From the human T2T-CHM13v2.0 reference genome, Homo sapiens, in NCBI RefSeq assembly GCF_009914755.1, contig NC_060937.1: a DNA stretch of 64,000 nucleotides. One strand, 5' to 3'. Position 1 is the stretch's first letter; every line of letters begins with the position of its first letter. The notes beneath the pieces are model-generated. The model was not told the origin of the DNA and did no database searches. It saw nothing but the letters and a program-made list of their open reading frames with translations. Below, one piece after another: positions 1-16,890 of the stretch. The position numbers and the translations under genes are program-made.

Positions 1-317
1 GAGCAATGACTATTACTTACTGGCTGGTGCTTTGTTTGTTATTTTTAAAAATTTTCATACAAAGGGACTTAAATACTATATTATAGCAGGAATATACTAA
101 ACTCACATAGTAAACAACACTAATCCTGAAAAATAATTAAAGTTTACAACATATATATATGTATTTGTGTTTAGATGATACTGGCTATTACATAAGTATG
201 ATATCTAGCCTTAAAACATGTTATGTTGAACAAAAATATTTATTTTATAATTCAAGTACTAATAAGCATTTATTTAGAAGTAAAATATCCTTTAATAGAA
301 AAAAAGTTTAAAAATCA

Positions 318-694
<377 letters not shown>

Positions 695-1084
695 AAAGGC
701 AGTCAGAGCTATGGAAGCTATTGAAAAGCTTCAACTGGGTCATATACATTTCTTGAAGGAAACAGGAGAGTTCTGGGATGAGCAAACAGTTTAGAAAGGG
801 CAGTGTCCATATTTCCAGTCCCTGGCAAAGCAAAAGTAGAAGTGAAGCATTTGGTACCTCAGCACACATTCTATCTTTTATGACTGCAGCAGCAATAGAA
901 AAAAAAAAAATGTGAAGGTAAACCATATTCAAAATTCACCAACAAATATCACCAGATGTTTTTAAAGTAGAAAACAAGACAAGCAATATGAGCCAATAGC
1001 AATATTGAATAATTCATTATCTAATTTATTGATTTACTTAGCTTCAGAAACCAAATGCAGAAATACAAGACAGGTGAGTTGTGA

Positions 1085-1330
1085 ATTTCTGACAGTTTAA
1101 GTGAAAAAGACCAGGAGTTTCAGTTGACTACAAGTGGAAAATAAGTTAGTGCGATGACAGGGCTGTCAGAAAGGCAATTTTGATTTAGAATTAATACAAT
1201 TTCAGTGTCCATATTAAAGTGGAGAAGTAAAGAAGCAGTAGTAAGGTAGTTGTCAGCCCTACTGAGATAACATGAACTGTAGCAGAATCAGCTCTGAGCC
1301 CTTCAGGTTAAAAAGAAAGCCCGCAGAATC
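1085..1330 (+). mobile_element. L3/CR1 LINE remnant, highly diverged
   Basis: aagaccaggagtttcagttgactacaag...gtgcgatgacagggctgtcagaaaggcaat resembles the recalled CR1/L3 3' ORF2 region. Confidence 0.45.
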
Positions 1331-1479
1331 TAACCTAGTCAACTGGGTATTGTGCATTTCTTCTTAAAATCTAGCTAAAAAGCAAACAAATTTAAAAGCA
1401 TTTACTTTAAGGAATTGGAGAGATGGGGAGTACTGTCTTGAATTATTAGAAAAATTTACTAAAAATAAAAATGTCCTTA

Positions 1480-1700
1480 TTTTATTCATTAATTCAACAG
1501 ATATCCATTTATATTGAATTTCTTCCACGGAATGAGCTGAGTATAGAAGATAGAAGGTTTACAGTGAGAAAGTAAGACATGGTCAATGTAGATTAAGAGA
1601 TGTTAGTCTTGAAAGATGAGGAGTCATTACACTAACCATAATTCAACCAACTTTAGTAAGTTTTATGACAGGAGAGCAAAGGGTATTACATAAGAGGATC
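1480..1700 (-). mobile_element. L2 3'-end remnant
   Basis: tttattcattaattcaacagatatccatttatattga resembles the reverse complement of the L2 3' terminus. Confidence 0.5.
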
Positions 1701-1894
1701 ACCTAAACTCCTTGGGTCAATATTCAAGATAATCACATTTCTATGAAGAATTGAATAAATAAATTGAGACTGTATGAGAGTCAGAAAACTATGATGAAGA
1801 GAGAAATGCAGATGGATCTAAGAAAAGCAGAGTTGTACAAAGACTTGAAGTTGGTGAGAGAGATCGTCTTCTATGATCACCCCATTCACAGGAA

Positions 1895-2090
1895 TGTCAT
1901 ATGGTGTAGGTAATGGTAACATCTTCAGGCTTGAATTTTATCCCAGCTCTGACACTTGATAGTTCTTAATGTGGTAAAAATCAGTAAATCTCCATACCAC
2001 TAATTTTATTAATTGAAAAATGGAGGTAATTTCCATGAATGTCTCATTTCACAGGATTGTTGAATAGATTGACTAGATCTACATAGCATT
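1895..2090 (+). mobile_element. MIR remnant
   Basis: ttgaattttatcccagctctgacactt...aaaaatggaggtaat...cacaggattgttgaatagatt matches MIR core motifs. Confidence 0.55.
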
Positions 2091-2879
2091 TAGAAACTCT
2101 AATAATTTTACAAATGTGAACTATTGCTATCTATAACTAGTTCTATAAGAAAACGAAACAATTACATGAGAGGTAATATGATATCTGTCAAGGATATTAA
2201 AAAGGAGTTATTCAGTTGGGCTAGAGGTTAGACAAGGTATCTGGCCTACAAGTAATTTTATTTTACTTCGTGTTACTTGGCAGTATCTTTTAATAAGGAA
2301 AAGAGAGTGCATAGTTTACCTGGAAATATTTTGATATTATAAACTTCCCTAGACAAACTCCCAGATAATTATTTTCAATGGGTTTGAAGCAAGGGCTTGA
2401 AATATTTCTTTCTATAACAAATAAATGAAAGTTATCTTCATATTCGTAACCTTTGAATAAGAACCATTGGCATAGAGTTTTACATTAGTCAGATTATGGA
2501 AAATGTTACTGCAATTTACAAAATACCCTCTGATTTGAGAACATATCTTTTGATTTACATCAAGTCTAGTGCTGCACAAAGATTCAGTGTTCATCCCATA
2601 CTGAATGACAACTTTCTTTAAAGAAGTGAGTTTTACCGTGTTTCATGTGGAAAAAGAGATTTAAACTCTATTTAAATTAAAACTTCCTATAGCCTGCATG
2701 CCTAAGAGCTAAGGGCTAGCACACAATTGTTTTAATCAAATGAATTTACTATATAATTTGAATTTCTAGATCATGAAGAAATATCTTATTTCCTACAAAT
2801 ATCACATCATTTTCAGAGAGTAAGTTCATGATAACTAGGGACTTAGAATAGATAACTGACTTTTCAAACCAAGATAACC

Positions 2880-3300
2880 TAGATACAATTTGGATGTTTG
2901 TTCCTTCCAAATCTTATGTTGATATCTAATCCCCAGTGTTAGAGGCTGGGCTTGATAGAGGATTGGCTAGATCATGGGGGCAGGTCCCTCATGAATGGCT
3001 TTGTTCTATCTTTGCCATAATGAATTAATTCTCACTCTATGAGTTCATGTGAGATCTGTTTGTTTCAAAGATCCTGGAATTTCCTTTTTGCTCTTTGCTC
3101 CCTCTCTCACCATGTGATGCACCTGCACCCTGGTCAGCTTCTGTCATGAATGTAAGCTTCCTGAGGCCCCCACCAGAAGCAAATACCAGCACCACACTTC
3201 ATATACAGCCTATAGAACCATGAGACAAAATAAACCTTTTTAAAAAATAAATTACCCAGTCTTGGGAATTTATTTATAGCAATGCAAACAAGCTTATACA
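2880..3300 (+). mobile_element. MST (MSTA/MSTB-like) MaLR solo LTR
   Basis: tttggatgtttgttccttccaaatcttatgttg start; aataaacct...aattacccagt...tatagcaatgcaaac end. Confidence 0.85.
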
Positions 3301-3659
3301 TATGCGGAAGAAAATATGGAAATATAAAACTAAGTCACTGCTTGTGAACTGCTAAAAATGAATATAGAATTCCACTAAAAAGAAAAGAAGATTTCTATTA
3401 TACTATTATATATCCTTTCATTGATGGTTCTTATGACAACTTTATCATTACAAGCCCTGCCCTTCCCCATTATTTTGTTAACTTTTGTAATATCTTCTGG
3501 ACTAACTTCTCTTCTATCACCTGCATTCTTCTCCTTAGCTATCTACCTTAAGCTATTCTCCAGGATATGGGTCTTCTTCTTTATGACTTATTAATCTTTG
3601 TCAGCACTTCCCAAAGTGAATTCTAAGACATGTGAGTAATAATAAGTATGCCTTAAAAT

Positions 3660-3806
3660 CTCTAGAGAGGAGTGGAGGATGAGAAATTACTTAATAGGGA
3701 CAATGTACATTATTTGGGCAATGAATATCCTAAAGCCCTGATTTGACCTACTACACAATCTGTGTATGTCACAAAATTGCACTTGTACCCCATACTTTTA
3801 CAAAAT
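3660..3806 (+). mobile_element. L1 (L1MA/L1PB-type) extreme 3' fragment
   Basis: ggatgagaaattacttaatagggacaatgtacattatttggg...aaaattgcacttgtacccc is typical L1 3' UTR end. Confidence 0.75.
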
Positions 3807-3814
3807 ATTCTGGA

Positions 3815-4100
3815 AGAGGCAGCATATTATGGTGTTTAAGGACACAGATCTGGGGTCCTGAAACCTGGAACAAATTCTTAGCTAGACCACCTATTCCACC
3901 AGTGACTATAGGAAGGTTACATGTCTGCTCTGCACATAAGTTTCCTCCTCTGCACATAAGTTTCCTCCTCTGCATAATAAGGTTAGTATCACTGACTTTA
4001 AGATTTATTGCAGATTTAAATGAGTTAATATGTGTAAGGCCATTTTACCTGTGACCAGGATGTAGAAAGCCCTCTATAAGAATTGCTGTTCATATTGTCT
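3815..4100 (+). mobile_element. MIR with internal 20-bp tandem duplication
   Basis: MIR-like body (agtttcctc...aaatgagttaatatgtgtaag). Unit ctctgcacataagtttcctc at 3928-3947 and 3948-3967. Confidence 0.7.
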
Positions 4101-4719
4101 TTATTATTGATATTGAAATGCTGCATTTTATAGCCCTTCCTTATAAATTCAGTTAAAGATGGAAGTTAGTATACAAGAGTTCCAAAAGGCCATTTGTGCC
4201 CATTTCAACCCACTTTTACTTCTTAAAACATCTAATATTTCCCATTAAACACAAAAACCCAAACACACAATCACATCCATGCACACATGTGTGCTTGCAT
4301 GCATATAGTAAGAGCCAAAGAGAAGGGAGAGAGAAGTTTCAATGAATCTAATATTTTCTTAATGTGCTGCCACATTTCTCTGTTCCTTCTCACAATGTAA
4401 TTTCTTGAATCACTTGCCGTTATTTTTGTATTGCTTTATATCCTCACTTATTCTTTTCACTTCAATCCGTCTACGACTACTATTTTTATATGTTCTTGTA
4501 TCCTTACTTGTTCTCTCCACCTCACTCTTATCTACCACTACACGATTCTCCCCAAAGAGCTCTTGCCAGTATCACCTATCATCTTATGTGTTTATCCAGT
4601 GGGCATTTCTCAGTCTCATTCTGCTTAATGCTGCCATAGTATTTGATATCATATTTCATACATGTATTCTTAAAACATTCTCTGATCTGAGATTTTATTA
4701 AACCTATGTTTCTTTTATC

Positions 4720-5880
<1,161 letters not shown>

Positions 5881-6439
5881 ACTTTTTTTCCCCAATAATT
5901 TTCCTTCTCCTTTTGGCATAAACATATAAAGGCCGAGGGAGAGACCTCACAAGACACATACATGAATAGGATTTGTTAGTTCGGACTTTAAACAGGTGCT
6001 TCTTTTCATACGCAAGAAAGAGTCATTATTTTAACAGGTCTTTAGCCCATCCACCCTCAAGTTTTTGTTATACTACTCCACACGTCCTCTACGCCTTCCA
6101 CTTGGGTGAATCTAATCATTTGCCTTCTCCACCAGTGGGTGACAATCTCTTTGTTTTGCAGAAAATTAAAAAAAGTAATGCATCTTTGTCATTTTTCATG
6201 AATATCATCTAATGTTAATGAAGCTCCTATAGTCAAACTGTTCTCCTACTTAGCTGAGGTCCCCTTACTGTATAGTTTTCTAAACCAGAAATTCAAATTT
6301 TTTACATCTACTGAAGCTTACACTTATGGAATATTTCCTTTTTGTTGGGCCTTGATTCCATTAGTTTACATTACTGGGCATGTTAATATTCATGGCAATT
6401 GTAGAAGACATAATTGTTACTATCTCCAGTGTGTAAATC

Positions 6440-6540
6440 AAGCCTATGTTTAGTAACCTGCCCAAATCACACAGCTAGTGAGAAGTGAACCAGGATTTGA
6501 TCCTGAGCATCAAACTCTTCTGCCAGCACCCTCAAGTGCC
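6440..6540 (-). mobile_element. MIR fragment
   Basis: taacctgcccaaatcacacagctagtgagaagtgaaccaggatttga is the antisense MIR core. Confidence 0.6.
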
Positions 6541-7142
6541 ATTCCTCCTGAATATGTTGAATAATATACTTTTTTATAAATGGCCTATAAATAATCTCTT
6601 TTCACTTCTACAACATATATTTTTCCCTTTACTCTGGGCCCTTACCTTTATCCCTTAAACACTGATAAATCTCACTCTTGGTAAATAACTTAAAAAATAA
6701 TAATTTGACTACTTCTTCTAATCTTCTCACTTTTTTTTTTACAATAAAAACTTTAAAATAGATTTGTTCTTTTTAAGTACTGAACTTCATTTGTTTTCTA
6801 GGTTCATTGCAATATTCAGCTTTTTCTACAAACTGACAATTCTTACTAGGTCACCAGTGAATTGATAAATTCTATATGGAAAAAATACTTTATATTTGTT
6901 TTCTTTAGCTTTTTCAGCATGTCATATTATCCATTACTTTTTCTCATATTTTTGCTTTAATAATACCATTTCTTTTATTATTTTTATAAATTTCTATAAT
7001 TGTTCTTTAATTGAGTTCTAATTATTCTTTGCCCTCCACCTACCCGTAAATATTCCTGTTACTAATCATTTCTTTTTGGATAATTTCTCATTCTGGCTAC
7101 TTAATGTGTACCTGTGTCTCAGGGCTTCATGACTTTACCTCT

Positions 7143-7901
7143 ATATTGATCAGGATTCTCTACAGAAATAGAAGCAATAGAGGATATATACATAATTTTT
7201 CATATATATAAAATTGTATACATAGACATAATTTTTTCATATTATATGATATAATTTCATATTATATGTAATATAAATTTTTCATATTGTATGATATAAT
7301 TTCTTATTATGTATAATATGAAAAAATTATGTGTCTATGTATATAATTGTGTGTGTGTATACATATATATAGAGAGAGACAGAGAGGGAGAGAAGAAGAT
7401 AGAGAGATTTATTATCGGCTCATGTAATTATGGAGACCAAGAAGTCCCATGATTTTTTCTCTCTGAACTGGAGAACCGTGAAAATCAGTGGTATAATTTA
7501 GTCTGAGTCTGAAGGCATGAGAACAAGGGGAGCCAATGGTTCAACTCCCAGTCCGAAGAGGTGTGTCTCTGATAGGGGCACAGTTCAGGTGAAAGTCCTA
7601 AAGTCCAAAGGCTGGAGAACCAATCTTAATGTCTGAGGGCAGAGGAAGATAGATATCCTAGATTAAGGAAAGAAATAATTTGCCTTTCATTCTACCTTTT
7701 TGTTCTATTTTTATTTAGGCTCAGTGGAATGGAGGTTGACTAACAAGATTAGTGAGAGTGGATCTGCTTTACTTAGTCTGCCAATTTAAATGGCAATCTC
7801 TTTTTGAAGCACCCTCACAGACACATCCAGAAACAATGTTTTATCAGCTATCTGAGCAAACTTTCTTGCAGGCAAGATGACACATAAAATTAATCATAAC
7901 A
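7143..7901 (-). mobile_element. MLT2 (ERVL) solo LTR with AT-rich expansion
   Basis: caggattctctacagaaatagaagcaatag...gaagtcccatgat...gacacataaaattaatcataaca, the reverse complement of the MLT2 start tgtgatggttaattttatgtgtc. Confidence 0.85.
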
Positions 7902-9534
7902 ACCTCCTACTATGACCCATTCTCTAAGCTACAGACAAAAACTTCCAATTATTTTTCAGCATTTCTTTCTGAATTTTTAGTGGGCCTTAAATTTTCAGTG
8001 TGTAAAAAGGAATAAAATGCCATAATCGAAGTATACTCCTTTAAAATTCTATTAAGGGAATTAATATGCTGAAATGCTTAAAGACAGATGTCTACATTTC
8101 ATCATCTATCCACGTAGATCAATTTTACACAGATTTTCTCCACATTATGTCTGTCTGTCTTTATTCTACAACAGCATTATAGCATATTTCTTCTAAAATT
8201 GTATTAGTTCATGTCCTTATTATTATTCAGGTCCATTGCTTGATTATAAACTTCAAGTCTTTTTTTCTTAAATATGTATTTTTTTCCTATGACAAAACAG
8301 TAATTATTCTAACACAAAAAATCTGATGTTAGACATTAAGTTAAAATTTTTAATAACCCCCTATTATGCCCATAATATGTTAAGGTCAGAAAATGTCCTT
8401 CTTAACTTGCTCCTATCTTTTCTGCACTGTCTTTTATGTGCCACTTATGGGACTTATGGGTAAATATATTAACTTATCACTCCTAAAATTATTTCACACC
8501 CTGTGTTTTTGCACATGTTCTTCAGCCAGATTTAAATTTATGTCCTTGCTTCCTTCTGAATAGCTTATACGTCTATTTCACAAATCAGCTCAAACAGGTT
8601 TTCTGTGGAGACTTTTTCTTTCTTCTAAATTGTTATAGGTTTTAGTTATCACATAACTTTTTGGAATAATTATATTATAATAATTACCTTCTAAATATTT
8701 CCACATCTAACTCTAATAAATATAATTTCTCTCACATATTTATTAAGCAGACATATAAATTTTTTAAATTTTAAGTTAAAAATGATATTATAACTCTTTC
8801 ATATTATATTAATGTATTTTAAAAATATTTCATCAATATGGTAAATATAACAAATGGAATCTGAATACCATAAGAGTCAGAAACCCACCAATATTCATTT
8901 AGAAATGCATGACTAAGTGGATTTGTCCAATCAAATAGCTTATCTTCTTTTTATGAACTTACATTTCCATTCAACTTCTTTATAATTTAAATAAATCAAA
9001 TATCTTTATAAGTGAAGATTATTAATAATTTCATTACAGTTTTACTACAACAAAAATATCTCCTGAAATTAAAAGTATAAAGCAAATTTTCTCTCTGTAG
9101 TTATAATGGTATTTTTGAATATTTAGTTTTTATTGTAATTTAAAAATGATCAAAATATATTTTACTCTTTAAATTTAAAAATTAAAAATAATTGAATTAT
9201 TGTGGATATGTTTTATAGTGAGATACAAATGAACTACATTTTTTAAAATAGTTTGTATATCCATAGAAGAATACTACCTATTAGCATATCATTTGTAATA
9301 ATATTCCATTTTTAATTACTGTTTGTATACACACAGATACATTTGGTTTACAAATATAAGAAGGTTGAAATGGAGGAAATTCTGTTACAGAAATGGTATT
9401 CAATTACTTTACATCATGTTGTGATCTATGATTAAACTCAATTTTTAAAGTTCTATTAGATGACAACTTGAGTGAGCCATACTCCACTTATGGTAAAAGC
9501 AAAGAGGCAGAGCAAACAACTTGTTACATAATTT

Positions 9535-10745
9535 GAAACAAACAAACAAAACAAACAGAACTTCTGAAAATAAAAAATACACATCAAAAAATTACAAGAC
9601 ACATTTGAAGTCATTAACAATAGGTGAGACAAGCAGAAGAAAGAATTTCAAAGCTGGAAAACAGGTCTTTTGATTAATCCAGTCAAAAACAGTAAAAAAT
9701 AAATAAATTTTTTAAAAACAAAGCCTTTGAGAAACATTGAATTCTATAAAATATCCAAAACTCTGAGGTATAGGTATTCCAGAGGGAGAACAAGAAAAAG
9801 TAAAAACTATGGAAAACATATTTGAGGAAATTAGGATAACTTCCCTGGTCTTGGTAGAGATTTAGACATCCAGATATAAGAAGCTCAGATAACTCCTAGA
9901 AAATACATTGAAAGATAAACTTCACCAGCACATATAATCATCAGACAATTCAGAGTCAATATGAAGGAAAAATCATAAAATCAGCAAGAAAGAAACACCT
10001 AATAATCACCTATAAAGGAAATCCTATCACACTAGCAGCAGACGTCTCAGCAGAAATCTTATAAGCCAGAAGAGATTGAGGTCCTATTTTCTGTCTTCTT
10101 AAGAAAAAAAAGCCAGCCAAGTTTTTGTACCCTGCTAAACTAAGTTTCATAAGTAAAGAAGAAATAAATAATTTCCCAAAGAAGCACACACTAAGGAAAT
10201 TCCTAACCACTAGACTGGTCCTATAAGAAATGCCCAACAGAGTTTTAAACATGGAAACAAAAAGGTAGTACTCACCATAATTTAAAAAAACCATGAAAAT
10301 ACAAAACTAGCAGTAATCATAAGGTAGTTACACAAACAAGACTATAAAAGATCTAGGTAATAATTAACATTACGACAGGAACAAAATCTCACCTAGCAAT
10401 ATTAACCTTGAATGCAAATGAACTAAATGCCCTACATAAGAGATGTAGGTTGGTAGGATGGGTGATAAAACAAGATCAACACAAAGCAGCCTGCAAGAAA
10501 CCCAGCTAAATGATCAAAAGATTTGTGAGCTCAAAATGAAGAGGTGGAAAAATATATTCCACATATAGACACAAAAGCAAACAGAAGTAGCTGTATTTAT
10601 ATCATATAGAACAGCCTTTAAATCAACAACAGTAAGAGGAAAACAAAGAAAGTCATTGTATAATGATAAAGAAATCAATTTAACAATAAGATATAACAAC
10701 ACTTGGATGTATAAATACATCCAACAATGGAGCACCCAATCTTTA
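9535..10745 (+). mobile_element. Old L1 copy A: decayed ORF1, inter-ORF region and start of ORF2 endonuclease
   Basis: ataggtattccagagggagaa, ctagcagcagacgtctcagcagaaatctta, acaggaacaaaatctcac...aatattaaccttgaatg, ggagcaccca. Confidence 0.85.
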
Positions 10746-11609
10746 AAGAAAGGAAATTTCAATCAAGAATTTCATATTCCTTCAGACTAAGCTTCATAAA
10801 CAGAGGAGAAATAAAGTCCTTTACAGACAAGCAAACACTAAGGGAATTTGTTACCACTACATCTGCCTTATAAGAGACCCTAAAGGGAATGCTAAACATG
10901 GAAACAAAAGAACAATGCCTGCCACCCACAAAAACACACTTAAGTAAATAGCCCGTTGACACTCTAAAGCAACTATACAATCAAGTCTACATAACAATGA
11001 GTTAACATGATGACAGGATCCAAATAACACATATCAATACTGACCTTGAATGTAAATGGGCTAAACACCCACTTAAGAGGCATAGAGTGGCAAGTTGGAT
11101 AAAGAAGCAAGACTCAATTGTCTTCTGTGTTTAAGAGACCATCCCACAGGTAATGACATCCATAGGCTCAAGGTAAGAGGATGGGAAAAAGCTATCAGAC
11201 AAATAGCAAGACAAAAAGAGTAGAGATTACTGTTTTTATATCAGATAAAACAGACTGCAAACTAATAATGACCAAAATGGACAAAGAAGGACATTACATA
11301 ATGATAAAGGGTTTGATTCAATTAAAAGACCTAACTATCTTAAATATATTTATGCCCAAAACTAAAGCACCCAGATTAATAAAACAAGTTATTACAAACC
11401 TAAAAAGAGATTCCAATAACCCCACAATAACAGTGGAAATCCTTGTCACCCCACTGACAACATTTGATAGATCACTGAGGCAGAACACAAACAAAGATAT
11501 TCTAGACTTAAACTCAACAGTTGATGAATTGGACCTAATAGACATCTACAGAATACTCCTCCCAACGAAAACAGAATATACATTCTTCTCACCTGCAAGT
11601 AGCAAATAC

Positions 11610-13618
<2,009 letters not shown>

Positions 13619-14623
13619 CCATAAAGCAAATCTTAAAACATTCAAACAAAACTAAACTAAATCCTCCCAACCATCATCTCAGACCACAGCTCAATAAAAA
13701 GAGAAATCAATTTCAAGAAGACCTCTCAAAATCATATAATTGCAAGGAAGTTAAACAATCTGCTCCTGAATGACTGTATTGTATAGAATTAAATTAAGAC
13801 AAAAATCAAAAATATATTTGAAACTAATGAAAACAGAGAAACAACATATATGAATCTCTGGGGCACAGCTAAAGTGGTGTTAAACAGGGAAAGTTTACAG
13901 CTTTAAATGCCTACATGTAGAAATTGAAAGGTCTCAAATTAACAGTCTAACATCACGTCTACAGAAACTAAAAAAAGACGAGCAAAGAAACCCCACAGCT
14001 ACCAGAGAAAAAATTAATAAAAATTGGAGCTGAACTCAATGAAATTCAGATACAAAAATCCAGGAAAAAGATCAACAAAATCAAAAGTGTTCTTAAAAAG
14101 AACAAGATTGAAAGACTACTAGCCAGATGAATGAATAAAAAAGAGAGAGAAGATCAAAATAAGCACAATCAGAAATGACAAAGGTGACCTTTCAACTGAC
14201 TCAACAGAAACACAAAAAATTCTTTAAGATGAGTATAAACATCATCTCTATGCACACAAACTGGAAAACCTAGAAGAAATGGATAAATTATTGGATAGAT
14301 AAATTATGGATACATACACAACCTCCCAAGATTGAACCAGGAAGAAGTAGAAACCATGAACAGACTAGTAATGAGTAATAAAATTGATTAAGTAATGATG
14401 ACTCTCCAAACATAAAATACAGGCCAGGAATAAATTCAAAGCTGAGTTCTATGAGAGATACAAAGAAGATATGGTTTCAATCCTAGTGGACCTGATCAAA
14501 AAAATCAAAGAGAAGCAAATCCTCCATAACTCATTGTATAAATCCAGCATCACCCTGATACAAAAGGCTGGCAGGAATACAGAAAAGAAATAAAACCACA
14601 GGCCACTAACTCTGATTAACATA

Positions 14624-15044
14624 TGTATTAGGCCATTCTTACATTGTTATAAAGAAATATCTGATACTGGGTAATTTATAAGGAAAGATGTAATTTGCTC
14701 ACTGTTCTGCAAGCTTTACAAGAAGCATGATCCTGGCATCTGTTCAGCTTCTGGGTAGGCCTCAGAAAACATACAGTCATGGCAGGGGGTAAAGGGGGAG
14801 CAGGCACATCACATGATCAGATCAGGAGCAAGAGAGCTAGTCAGGGAGGTGCCACACACTTTTAAACAACCAGATCTCATGAGAACTCACTCATTTTCAT
14901 GAGGACAGTACCAAGGGGGTGGTAATAAACCATTCATGAGAAATACACCCCATGATCTAATCACCTTCCAGAGGCTCCACCTCCAACATTAGGGATTACC
15001 TTTTGACATAGGATTTGGTTGGGGACAGCATCCAAACTACATAA
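14624..15044 (-). mobile_element. MSTA-like solo LTR inserted in L1 ORF2
   Basis: tgtattaggccattcttacattg...ggggacagcatccaaactacataa. 5-bp TSD acata at 14619-14623 / 15045-15049. Confidence 0.9.
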
Positions 15045-16583
15045 ACATAGATGCAAAAATCCTCAAAAAACACTAGTAAACTGAACCTAACAGCATATCA
15101 AAAAGATAATATACCATAATCAAGTAGTTTTTATTCCAGGAATGCAAGGCTGGTTCAACACTTGTAAATCAATAAATGTGATTCACTGTATAAACAAAAT
15201 TAGAAACAAAAAACATACAATTGTCTCAATAGATACAGAAAAATGAGCCAATAAAGTTCAGCATCACTTCATTTAAAAAATCCTCAAGATAGTAGGAACA
15301 GAAGGCACGTATCTCAAAATAATAAAAGCCAAATATGACATACTCACAGTCAACGTCATGCTGAATAGGGAAAAGTTGAGAGTATTTTCCCTAAAAACTG
15401 GAATAAGATAAGGATTCCATTTTCACCACTTCTGTTCAACATAGTACTGCAAGTCCTAGCTAGAGTAATCAGGCAAAAGAAAGAAATAAAAGGTATTCAA
15501 ATATAAAAAGAGCAAGTCAAATTATCTCTGTCTGCTGATGACATAATCTTATACCTAGAAAACCCTAAATAATCCTCCAAAAGACTCCTAAAGTTGATAA
15601 ATGACCTCAGTAAATCTTCAGGAATGAAAAATTAATGTACTAAAATCAGTCGCATTTCTACATACCAGCAACACTCAAGATGAGAATCAAATCAAGAACT
15701 CAAGCCCATTGACAATAGATATTTTTAAAAAAAAACTAATGAAAGAAATTTTAGAAAACAAAAGCAAATGGAAAAACATCCCATGTTCACAGATAGAAAT
15801 AATAAATATCATTAACATAACCATACTGCCCAAAGCAATCTATAAATACAATTACTATCAAATTACCAATATTATTTTTCACAGAATTGAAAAAAGTGAT
15901 AGTAAAACATATATAGAATAAAAAGAGACCAAATAGCCAAAGCAATCCTAAGAAAACGAATTAACACTGGAGGTATCACATTACCTGATTTTGAATTATA
16001 CTACAAGTCTATAGTAACCAAAGCAGCATGGTAGTGATATAAAAATAGACACACTGATCAATCAAACAGAATAAATAACCCAGAAATAAAGCCACATACC
16101 TACAACTAACTGATCTTTGACAAAGCTGACAAAAATATACACTGGAGGAAGGACAACTTATTTAATAAATGGTGCTGGAAAAATTGGAGAGACGTACACA
16201 GAAGAATATAGGTAGACCACTAAAAATTAACTCATGATTAACTATAGATTTAAAGGTAAGAAATGAAACTATAAAAATCATAGAAGGAAACCTGAGAATG
16301 CCCATTTACCTAAGCAAACAATTTACAGCTAGGTTTATAAAAGGAAACACAACAAAAACAAAAATAGACCAATGGACTATTGAGTATCTTCTGCACAGGA
16401 AAAGAAATAATCCACAGAATAAACAAACAACCAACAGAATGAGAGAAACTATTTGCAAACCATTCATCTGACAAAGGACTAATATCTTGTATCTACGAGG
16501 AACTGAACTCAATAAATAAAAAACAGCCCCATTGAAAAGTGGGTAAAGGACATGAACGGACATTTTTCAAAAGAGGACATACA

Positions 16584-16890
16584 GTCTGGTTGCAGTGACT
16601 CATGCCTGTAATCCCAGCACTTTGGGAGGCAGCAGCAGGCAGATCACCTGAGGCCAGGAGTTCGAGACCAGCCTGGCCAACATGATGAAACCCTGTCTCT
16701 ACTAAATATACCAAAAATTAGCCAGGCGTGGTTGCAGTCACCTGTAATCCCAGCTTCTCCAGAGGCTGAGGCAGGGGAATCACTTGAACCCGGGAGGCAG
16801 GGCTGCAGTGAGCCGAGATCGTACCATGGAACTCCAGCCTGGGCAACAAGAGTAAAACTACGTCTCCAAAAAAAAAAAAAAAAAAAAAAA
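16584..16890 (+). mobile_element. AluS (Sq/Sp-like) inserted in L1 ORF2
   Basis: Dimeric Alu, gggcaacaagagtaaaact diagnostic region, A tail, TSD ggacataca on both sides. Confidence 0.93.

Noticed and set aside
1040-1080. Consensus splice donor CAG|GTGAGT with a nearby upstream AG
   Set aside because: Implied exon is only ~26 nt with a weak pyrimidine tract; isolated consensus donors are common.
5890-6210. Non-repeat-looking stretch with several CpGs and a 79-aa ORF
   Set aside because: No recognisable protein, poly(A) or TSD, so neither a gene nor a processed pseudogene can be supported.
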